Shown piece after piece: positions 18,643 through 31,290 of a stretch of 64,000 bases of DNA. Position numbers and translations under genes: made by a program. Every line of letters begins with the position of its first letter. Within the stretch, counting starts at the first letter, position 1. Below the pieces are notes generated by a model. The model made no database searches and was not told the origin of the DNA. It worked only from the letters and a program-made list of their open reading frames with translations. The DNA lies in the NCBI RefSeq assembly GCF_009914755.1, contig NC_060947.1; one strand, written 5' to 3'. Source of the stretch: the human T2T-CHM13v2.0 reference genome, Homo sapiens.

Positions 18643-20332
18643 ATTGTCTCCTAGAAATAAATATTTCATAGGCTTAAAGAATTTTAGAGGTGGATGGATC
18701 TTTAAAACTCATCAACTTTTCCCCCCCCAGGAAAAAACGTAGGCTGCAATATGGCACCTACAAGAGTTTAGGCAGAAAGATCTTCCTGAGTTCCATGGGA
18801 GTGGGTGGCCAGCTGCCGAGCTGTGACTTTCTCTGTTGGAATCTGAAAGCAGGAGCTCATCTTCATCTCTTCCCCCTCCTTCCACATCACACTTCTTGGA
18901 ACAGTGTTGACACAGTTCAATAAACGTTTATTGTTAAATAATACGAAATCAAATGTGTGCTCCTTTTCCCCCGCTCCTGCAGGAGGGAAAAAGGCATTTT
19001 GTTCCAGTCTGCCAGAGGGATGAGTGAGAATGAAAAATAATGTTTGCTTCTATTATATTAATAGGCTACTTTTTTAAAACTACTAAGCTAGTAGCCTGTG
19101 ATCCTATAAAATGGCTTCCATTAACAAGAGGAGCAGGACAACAAATGGAAATTATCAGGAATGAGATCCGTTGGAAAGGCTATTTGGAGATGTTTGTGCA
19201 GCACATGCTCATTACTATGTCTGGCCCAAGTCAATTTTATTTAGCACCATAAAAACAGAGTTAGCTTATGATATTTTAAGCATCTTAAACAAAGCAAGAT
19301 TTATGCTATTGGGTGTGACTTTGGGCCTTCCCCTCTACCCGGTTTTCCACAGGTCTGGAAAGGCAAGAAACTGTTTCTTTATGCATTGCGAGTATAAAGT
19401 AGGAAGCCCCCGCCTTCTCCCTTCTAATATCACCAGCAATGAATAGGCAGCGTGTTTCCCATAATTCAGCAATAACTGGGCTATTATTCTTTAATGCTTC
19501 AGTTTATTAATGTAACCACTGTGTCATTCCTACCATGCCCGTGTAATTAAATTACCCGACAGACATTTGATAGGAACTTCTCAATCCCCACAAAAGCCCA
19601 GAATTTCTATACCCCTTTGTGAGTCCCTAATGAATGGGTGGCACAGACACTTCTGTCATCCGTGCTCACTCACTGTCCTTTCCTGACTGCTCTCCTGTGT
19701 CACAGGGGCTTGCTCCTGCAGACAAACTGGGAGCCGTTCTAAAGGAGAGGGTCACATTTCCAACACAGCTAATGTAAGGCATGCTATCACCTTCCTCTCT
19801 CTTTGTCCTGCTAAAGCAGAGGCTGACCAAATTAAATTCCAAAACCGTGTCTGCCACGGTAAATCCACGGTGCATTCTTAAACCTTGGCTACCGAATGCT
19901 AATCCTTACTTAAGTCATGATTCTAAAGGGAAAATACACTGAAAATTTGCTCAAAAATTAAAGCAATCACATGCCTATCCAAATATATCATTCTATGACT
20001 TTCTGAAAAGGAAAAAAAATACACTTACAAATTAAACGTTTCATCCTTTAATTTTATAAATGAAGCTATAATAATGAAGCCTCATCCAGATGGTACTCGA
20101 ATCCATCTTGGAAAAAGGCTTCTGTGATTATTTATAAAATAATGGACTTTTCTAAACCACTCAACTGGTCATTTTAAAATGCTAATTTCAAAGCAGTACT
20201 CTCTATTAATGTTATAGAACTTAGACATGAACTCATTAAAATAATCAAAATAGATTTTAGAGTAGGACTTCTTTCATTTCTAGAAATGGTACTTTAGAGA
20301 CTCTAGATGTTTCTAAAGATTTAAAAATTCTT

Positions 20333-20694
<362 letters not shown>

Positions 20695-20937
20695 TTAACC
20701 TAGTAGATGTATTTGTTATGTAGAGTATAGATTTGAATACAAATCTGGATGCCCAATTTTTGAATATTTAAATTACTTGATCTGTATATGACAAGAAGAA
20801 TATGAGGATATGTAAGTGTATCGAAATAAAAATCAAGATCTAATTTTAAAAGCTATTTGCTTTTATAAGAAAAAAGCATCAAATCAAAGTATGTGATGCC
20901 CAGATCAAGAAGATTGAAAATGCTTCTGACAAACTAA

Positions 20938-21403
<466 letters not shown>

Positions 21404-22205
21404 AGATCAGATACTTTTGAGAAGAAATCACATCTTATTGGAAATTAGATAATTTAAATCTGACTAAAATCAGAATAACAATTTATAATTATTACTATCC
21501 CTTAATATGGAAATTTGTGTTATCTATATATGATTAAAATAACTTTAATGTATATAATGTCTCAAGCTCACAGCAGCACAGAAAAAATAATTGAGTTTAA
21601 ATCTTGAAAATATTTGAGATGAAAAGAATATTTGTAATTATTTGTGACTGTCTGTTATTCTCCCAAGAAAGCAATAAAGGGGTAAAAATCATCTAAAACA
21701 GAGGGGACACATGGAAAACAAATTGCCAAGCAGTAGGTCTAATCCTAAGAATGCCAACAATTACATTAAATATAAAGAAACTAAGCACTCCAGTGAAAAG
21801 GCAGAGAGTGTCAGACTGGATAAAAAGCAAAGCGAAACAAAATAAAGCCTAATTTTGCACTGTGTACAAGAGATGGACTTAAAGTATAAAGATAAAAATA
21901 GGTTAAATAAACGAAGATAGAAAAAGGTATATCATGCAAATACCCAGCATGAGAAAATTAGCAGGCTGTATTAATGTCAAGTAAGGTAGTCAATGAATAT
22001 CGGCAGAAACAAATCACAAGGGAAATTAGAAAATACTTTGAACTGAATGAAAAAGAAAGCTCAGTATATCAAAATTTGTGAGATGTAGCTTAAAGCACTT
22101 CTTAGAGGGAAATTTATAGAGTTAAATGATTATAAAAGAAGCAAAGTTTAAAATCAATGATCTAAGTTTACACCTTAGGTAGCTAATTTAAAAAGACTAA
22201 ATTAG

Positions 22206-22536
<331 letters not shown>

Positions 22537-23336
22537 TCAATGATATAAAACTCTCTGTAAATTAGGAATTGAAGGCAATTTTAACAACCTAGTAAAGGAC
22601 ATCTATGGAAAACCTACAGCTCACATCATACTTTATTATGAGATATTGAATACTTTCTTCCAAGGTCAGGAACAAGGCAAGAATGTCTGCTCTAACCACT
22701 GCTGTTCAACATTATATACCATAGTCAGTGCAATAAAGCAAGAAAAATAAGTGACAAATAAAAAGACTTAAAAGGAAATAAGCTTAACCTTTTTAAAAAC
22801 AATTATGTAATTGTTTATATGAAAAATTCTAAGGCATCTACTAAATAATTACACTATTAATGACATTTTAACACATCAGCATGCAAGATTAATATAAAAA
22901 TCATTTGTATTTCTATATTATTGTAGCAGCATGAAATACTGGATAATTTATTTAACTAAAGATATGCAAAATGTAGATTGAAAACCATAAAATATTGCTG
23001 AGAGATATTTTAAAAGGTAGAAATAAATGGAGGCATATACCATGATTAGGGATTATAAAATTCAACATTGCTAAAATGTCAATTCTCCCCTAATTGATCT
23101 ATAGAGTCAATACAACTTCAATTAAAAGCTTTACAAGTTGTTTTGTAGAAACTGACAAGTTGATTCCAACATTTATGTGAAAATGCAAAAGAATTAGAAC
23201 AGCCAAACAATCCTTAACAGAATAACAAAGTTAAAGAACCCATCCTACTCTATTTAAAAACTAACTATAACATGACAGTAGCTGACATCATTTATTTTTG
23301 GCTTAAGGACAGATTGAGACCAAGGAAACAAAATAG

Positions 23337-23690
<354 letters not shown>

Positions 23691-24598
23691 GGTAAGTTGA
23701 TTTTCAATAAAGAGGCCAAGGTAACTAAATGGGGAAAAGAATCATCATTTCAATAAATGGTGCTAGAATAACTAGATAATCATTTGAGTAAAAAATGAAC
23801 CCTCACCTCTACCTCACACTACACACAGTCATTAATTTGAGATAGATCATAAACCTAAACTTAAAAGCAAAAGCTAGAAAACTTCTAGAAAAAATCAGAG
23901 GCAAACATCTCACAACCATAGGGCAGGAAAATTTTTTTTAGAGAGGGTGCAAAATGTAATAAACATAAAAGAAAAAATAAAAATTGTATTTATTATAAAT
24001 TCAAAAGTTGTGCTTATCAAAATACACTTGAAAAATGAAAAGGCAAGCTATACATTGAAAAGAATATTGGGAAGACTATCATACACACACAGACATATAC
24101 ACACATATATCTGACACAGGGCTTGGATATAGAATATATAAAGTACCCTTAAAATTCAATAATTAAAAGACAACTCAATAAAAACGAGCAAACATGTGAA
24201 CAGAAACTTCTTAATGGAAGGCATATGAATTACCAATAAGCACAGGGAAATGTAAATTAAAACCACAGAAAGTACCATTTCATATTCACTGGAATAGCAA
24301 AAATTAAAAAGACTGTTATCACCAAATGTTGGTGAGGATGTGGAGCAACCAAAATAAGTTGCATACATTGCTGGTGAGAGTGTAAAATGGTACAAGCAGA
24401 TTGGAAATTGGTTTTGTAGTTTCTGCTGTATTCAAATGCATACCTATGCTGTGATCTAGAAATTCCACTCCTAAGTATTTACCTAAATGAAGTAAAAGTA
24501 TATGTCCTCACGAAGATTTGTATACAAATGTGTAGAGTAGCTTTATTCATAACAGTCCCAAACTGTATAGTGCCCAAATGTCCATCAAAAGGTGAATG

Positions 24599-25089
24599 TA
24601 AAAGACATGTGCACGCAAATGTTCTTTGCAGCACTATTCACAATAGCAAAGACATGGAATTATTTTAAATCCCCATCAATGGTAGATTGGACAAAGAAAA
24701 TGTGGTACATACACACCATGGAATACTATGCAGGTATAAAAAAGAATGAGATCATGTATTTTGCGGGAACATGGATGGAGCTGTAGGCTATTATTCTTAG
24801 CAAACTAACGCAGGAACAGAAAACCAAATATCACATGTTCTCTCTTATAAGTGGGAGCTAAATGATGAGAACTCATGAACATAAAGAAGGAAACAACAGA
24901 TACTGGGGTCCACTTGAGGGGGAAGGGTGGGAAGAGGGAGAGGAGCAGAAAAGAAAACTATTGGGTATTGGGCTTAATTAATACCTGGGTGATGAAATAA
25001 TATGTACAACAACCCCCCATGACACGTGTTTACCTATGTAACAAACCTTCACATATACCCCTGAATCTAAAATAAAAGTTAAAAAAAAA
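24599..25089 (+). mobile_element. 5'-truncated L1PA14-16-like 3' end
   Basis: ORF2 C-terminus (WYIHTMEYY), 3'UTR and A tail; TSD AAAAGGTGAATG at 24587-24598 and 25090-25101. Confidence 0.9.
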
Positions 25090-25567
25090 AAAAGGTGAAT
25101 GGCTAAACCAGTTGTGGTAGTTTCATATAACAGAATACTATTGCGCCATAAAAAGGAGGAAACAACAGGTTCAGGCAACAACATAGGTGAATCTGAAAAT
25201 ATCACACCAAGCCAAAGATGCCAGACACAAAGAGTAGATAGGTATGAGTCCATGTCTATGGTGGTGAAAGTGAGAAGGAAGGGACACAAAGAAAGTTTTC
25301 TGGGGTTATAACAATGTCCTAGTGGTTGGGGCTGTCGGTACATGGGCATATGCATTCTTTAAAACTCATAAAATTGTGCACTTAGGATCTGTGCATTTCA
25401 TCTTATGTCAATTTTCCCTCAATATGTTTTGGTGATTCCTAGACTGTTCTTCTGAGCTCAGGAGTGGCTTTGGCTGCATCTTTCTCATAGTGATGAATTG
25501 TCAGTCACTGCCTGGCTTTTTGAAATTCAACAGAGCAAGCTCAGGAGTCAATTGCTAACAAAACTGA

Positions 25568-25958
<391 letters not shown>

Positions 25959-26214
25959 TAAGGTAGTAGCCTTTAACCCAACGTAGTTTCTCTCTTTCTT
26001 AATTTGTTCTTGTTGTTTGTGTCATATGCCTTTTTTCTTACACTAAAAGAAAATCTTTTATCTGTTGTCTCTAAACAAGGTTAGGGAATTTTTGTTGAAT
26101 TTTATGTATAAGTGAGTATCAAGTTGAAGTTTTGTTTAAATTTCTTATCCTTCGAACTTCAAAATATTCTGCCTTTAAAAACAAAGAATCCTTGCATATA
26201 CTTCTATATATGTA

Positions 26215-26459
26215 TTTTTATTTATTTATTTATTTTGAGACAGGGTCTTGCTCTGTCATCCAGGCTGGGGTGCAATGGTATGATCATGACTCACTGCAGC
26301 CTCAGCCTCCTAGGCTCAAGTGATCCTCCCCTCTCAGCCTCCTGAGTAGCTGGGACTACAGGCATGTGCCACCACATCCTGGTTAAGTTTCTAAAATATT
26401 TTCCCCTGCCTCGGTCTCCCAAAGTGCTGGGATTACAGGCATTAGCCACTGCACCAGCC
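26215..26459 (-). mobile_element. AluJ with internal deletion in left monomer
   Basis: Right monomer complete; sequence jumps from the middle A-rich linker to CCTGCCTCGGTCTCCC. Confidence 0.9.
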
Positions 26460-26609
26460 TATATAGTTATTTATAATTTTGAAGGTACATTGTCAGAGTG
26501 TGTTAACTTCTGACATTTTCCTAGCCTCTACCATGGAGTAATATTGTATATTAATTCAAATCAGTTGTCAAAGAGTTAGTTATGATATCTTTAATCTAAA
26601 ATTGTTATA

Positions 26610-26792
26610 TTTTTTTCCTGCCTTAGCCTCCCCAGTAGCTGGGACTACCGGCGCCTGCCACCACGCCCGGCTAATTTTTTGTATTTTTTAGTAGAGACGG
26701 GGTTTCACCGTGTTAGCCAGGATGGTCTCAATCTCCTGACCTCGTGATCCGCCCGCCTCGGCCTCCCAAAGTGCTCGGATTACAGGAGTGAG
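26610..26792 (-). mobile_element. AluY truncated at both ends, with TSD
   Basis: Sense runs CTCACTCCTGTAATCC...GGCAGGA plus a short A run; flanked by TAAAATTGTTAT at 26597-26608 and 26793-26804. Confidence 0.92.
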
Positions 26793-28108
26793 TAAAATTG
26801 TTATCTTTAACTACTATTCTCACACTGAGTTTGAAATCTGAGGGTTTTGGGGGAGTGGATGGGAGGGGTTGTTTTTGAAGCAACACTTCACAGTTATCTC
26901 TATTATTGAGATTTTCTTTGCAAAGAGCAAATAAACATTTTCTCCAGGATGTTCATATGCCATATTTTTTTGTTGTTGTTCAATACTGCAGCTCCCCTGC
27001 CTCAAAGAGACTCAAACATGTGGCTGTTTATACTTGTCTGGGTCTGATGATGAGGGGAGTGTTATTTTCAAGGTCACTAGGCTGTCTTCAGCCCTTGGAT
27101 ACATGGCAGGCATTGGAAGAGACATGTTGACATGTAGACTTAGTCCATTAATGACAAGAACTTACAAACTTCTAGATTGTGAGTTTTCTTGCTTGTGCTA
27201 GGCCTACCTTCATTTCCTTATACTAACTAAAGGATTCTTTGAGCTATGGCTTATTGCCTTTTTCACCTATTTGTGAGAGCTACTTTTAATGAAAGTGCTT
27301 AAATCTAACTTAACCTAAACCAAGAGGTGGCACAGTATCTTTAAATAAAATCAGAAATGCTCAAATTCCTCATTTTTTATCCCTAACCATGGTTCATGAT
27401 AATGTCCTAAACCTTCTCTTTATATAATTAGATATTTATATACAACCATAGGCTTTTGAGGATTTGTATGTGTATGTGCACAATATAGATTCACACATGT
27501 ATAGTTTATATATATAAGATATATTTTTGTGGAAGTACATTTATAGAGTTATTGTATTTACATTGTGTGTGTGTGTATTCTCACACAAATACATACGCAC
27601 ATTCTTATAAAAACTCTCTGTATTTTCTCTCAAGGTTTGGGAAATAGTCTTAGAATATTGCTTTTCATTCTCAATCAAGAAGTTAGAAAGAGCTAATGAA
27701 AACCTTACTTTGACCCCTTCAAAAATATGCTTAGGAACAAACATAAGCTCCAAGGATGAGAGTGATTTGACAAATTTTCTCAATTCTTGCAAAATTGATT
27801 TCTGCAGAACCAAGCCTATGCATCAAATATATACACCAGGTCCCTGAAAAACAAGGCACTATTATGCTCAAGGGATGCTAGCAAAGACTCAGTACTTTGT
27901 ATCCTCAAATCTCCTTCCCTTTGGATGGATCTTGCTGCCCCAGTTGCCATGTTTGATTCATAGATTTGGGCCAACCCCATGCTGAAACATGCCGGCCGCG
28001 GCCAATGCCAGAGCCTGGAAGAGCAAATATCACAGAAGGTCCATGTCACAGTTTCAGAAATGGCACCTCCGTAGTATTCACTACATAGGATGCAAAATGG
28101 GAATGCAT

Positions 28109-28478
28109 GAGACAGGTGGGAAAGAGAGGGAGAAAGAAGAAAGTGAAAGGGGGTGGGGGGAGAGGACAAAGAAAGAAAGCAGAGGAGAGAAGGAAAGAGA
28201 AGAGAGAAGAAGGGGGATAGAGTGGAAGGAAGGGTGTCAGAGAGGAGGGAGGAAAGTGAAGGCTGGAGAAGAAAAAGGAGGGAAAGGGTTGGCAAAAAGA
28301 TGGGAGAAGAGGGATGCAAGAAAGCAGAAGTAGAAAGGGACCAGAGAGACAGAAATAAAATTAAGAGAGGGATGAGGAGACAAGAATACTCTTAAAGAAG
28401 AGGAAGATGGAAAAAGAGGAAGAGAGGTGCCGAATGACAGAGACCAAGGGGGGATAGAAAAGATGAGAAAGAAGGAGG
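28109..28478 (+). repeat. Polypurine (GA-rich) low-complexity tract
   Basis: ~370 bp of mostly A/G on the + strand, non-periodic. Confidence 0.9.
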
Positions 28479-29043
28479 CTGTGCACATCTGTGTGGACCC
28501 TGCTAGCAGCTTAGCCAGTGGCCCAGAGCAGCCTCCCAGAGCAGCATTGGCATGGCCAGTACTGTGAGGTTGGGTACCCCTGTCATCAGTCCCGGGGGCT
28601 GGTCCTCTCGAGAAATGCAAATCTCAGAGGGCCAGGCTCAGACAGTTAGCGGTCATCCCCCTAATCACCTGGCTGCCTTTCTGATCTCTGCACAAGGGCC
28701 CTCTTGCACCGTTAATGAATTGTAAAAAACATTATGTTTTCCTTCTTCTGTTAGGGCTCAGGTTTCCAGAAGAAGGAACAAACACATAACAGGAAATGCT
28801 CCAGTAAAGCCAGGGAGGGCATGGGTGGAAAGTAGAGGTTGTAATCCTAAAGCAGAGCCACCCACAGCAGTTCTCATTGCCTTTCCTAAGGTCACAGTCA
28901 CACCATCTCCTTTTGGTAAACAGAAGGAGGTCCCACCCAGGAAGGAGTAAGACCCAGTCATGAAAAACAAATGACAACAGCTCTGAGATCAGGACTCTTC
29001 GTCTGGGGTCTTTTTTCTCTAGGCAGCCTGTGGGCATTTCAAC

Positions 29044-29334
29044 TAGAATTATCAGGTTTAGCAAATACACATACAGATGCCCACTTCAATTTGAATTTTA
29101 GATAAATCATGAATAAAGTTTTAGTAGAAGAAATACTGTTTTAGGATAAGTATATCCCATGCAAAGAGAGGAAGGGAGAAACTCTAAAAAGAGGGGGTAA
29201 AATAAGAAGGGGGAGGAGAAACAGAGTGGCAGAGACAAACAAATGCAATCTCTGGGACATACTGATACTACAGTTATTTGTTTACCTGAAACACAAATTG
29301 AAGTTGGTGTCCTATATTTTATCTGGCAGACATA
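29044..29334 (+). mobile_element. MER53 palindromic MITE with central insertion
   Basis: TTTAGCAAAT...AATTTGAATTT...AAGTATATCCCATGCAA and GGGACATACT...GTCCTATATTTTATCTGGCA match the two MER53 arms. Confidence 0.85.
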
Positions 29335-29478
29335 GTTTCAGGTCTGTTTTTCCCCCTAAGTTATTTTTCTAACTTATTTTTACTAATTTCATTATTTCAT
29401 CCACCCTTTTTCTATCTATTGGTTAATGGTGGATACTAGGATTTCATCCTCACAGCATAGCAATTTTCTACTAAAGGC

Positions 29479-29515
29479 AAAAAAAAAAAAAAGAAAGAAA
29501 GAAAGAAAGAAAAAA
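29479..29515 (+). repeat. Poly-A / (GAAA)n microsatellite
   Basis: A run followed by GAAA units. Confidence 0.9.
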
Positions 29516-30819
29516 CCCTAAACTCTCATCCTGTGTACCAAGGTTTATTTTGTTTTATTTTGCTTTCATACTAGCACCTTCCTTGATTCAAGCGATATTT
29601 TGTTAGGAGGAAAAGTAAAACATTTGCTTCTTTGAATAACAGAAAACCTGGTGTGTGTTGAGAAGCGGGTCAATTGGTTGAATAAATTTGTTGAGTGAAG
29701 ATCCAGAGAGCAAAAAGAAGATTGGGGAAGGGCAGTTGGGGAGATGAGATGGCACAATTAGATATGCTGTTCCTGTGTGTGTCCTGTGTGTGGGTGGCAT
29801 GGATCCCCTGTATCTGAAAGCATTTGAAAGGAGCTATATCACTGCCTTCCTTGAGGAATGGTAAGTAAGAAGTGAGAACAAATTATCTCTAAGATCCCAT
29901 CTAACTTAAACCTTTTTCTGGTATTGATTTTTAAAATAGGCCTATGTGTATTAAGAGCCTTTTCTCTAGTCCAGTGGAAAAATTCTATCATAGAGCTTCA
30001 TCATTTTGTAGAATGTCTCCTATCTGCTCTCAGAAGGAATTAGCACAAGAAATTTGGGAATGAAAGAAAATGATTAAGCTAAAATTTTATACTTTCCAGC
30101 AAATATTCTCATAGAATATCAGGGAACTATCTGGGCTTTGGAATGATTCAATCATCTCTTGGTGAAGTGCCAATGGGTTGGGTGGAATGTGGAGGTTACA
30201 ATAGGATAAAATTATGGAAATGTATCAATGGAAGAGTGAAAATGTAAAGTGATGAAGATTTTAAAAATAACTGGGAAAAGAGTGTCCTGACACCATGGAG
30301 AAACAGAAAACCAATTCGAATTGAATGGGGCATTGTTTAAGGTGAAGTGTAATGTGTGCTGTCCCCCTTCTCCAAAATGTAGACTCTCTTTTGTGAGCAT
30401 GTAGCCACAACATTTTAGAACTCAGAAAAGAATTAGCCAGAGGCTAGGCCTTGGAGAATGGGCTGCATCTGTTTTGAATACTTTCAATGCCCCAAGCGTA
30501 GGCATTGACCTCCTGTCAGACAGGGCTCCAAACTGCAACCCAAGAAGATATATTGATCTAGAAAATGTTTATACAACTGCTTATATATGTGAAAATAAAT
30601 CTTCTGTTCCCTTGGCACATAAGTTAAAGATATTCTAGAACCATAGCACCATCACATTTTTTTTTCTTTTTCTTTTTTGCGAACTGGGATGCAATACAGC
30701 ATCTGGGGAAAGATAAATGAAGAAAATCCAATACATGAACAGATGTTACTTTACATTTATGTGGTATTTCAGACTCTACATATGACTTGGGGTTGGCTAC
30801 ACGTCCACGTGGAATTTTC

Positions 30820-30950
30820 CCAACATTGCTATGAGGTAGGAATATTAATAACATTTTTCAGATAAGGAAACAGGAACTCAAGAAGTGAAGATCCAGCCAG
30901 GGACCAGTATCAGGGGTTCCGATGTTGAAGTACCATGCTTTTCTCACTCC
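30820..30950 (-). mobile_element. MIR fragment
   Basis: CTATGAGGTAGG...CATTTTTCAGATAAGGAAAC reverse MIR core. Confidence 0.7.
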
Positions 30951-31069
30951 ACCAGAGGTGGCTTGGTGATGCCATATGACTGACGGAAAGTAAACTGAAC
31001 TTTACAACCTTAATTTGTCCCCAGACAAGTTACAGAGCCTAATGAAAAGGAGAAAGAATTGCAACACAG

Positions 31070-31290
31070 TGATTAATTACTGAGTTGTGGCATGAAATCC
31101 CTGCTCCATCATTTACTTGCAGTATGACTTTGGACCAGTTTCTTTCCTTTCTCAGCCTTAGTTTTTTTGAACTGTAAAACGGGTTTAATAATAATATTTT
31201 CTTCAAGGCTGTTGTTAGGATTGAATATATTCATATATATAAAGTTCTTATTATAGACATTTCCCCACCTGCACTTATTATTATTATTGT
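31070..31290 (+). mobile_element. MIR
   Basis: TGACTTTGGACCAGTT...CTCAGCCTTAGTTT...CTGTAAAACGGG...GTTGTTAGGATTGAAT core. Confidence 0.78.

Noticed and set aside
27816-28620. Several 80-167 aa ORFs
   Set aside because: Artefacts of the stop-poor purine tract; low-complexity translations.
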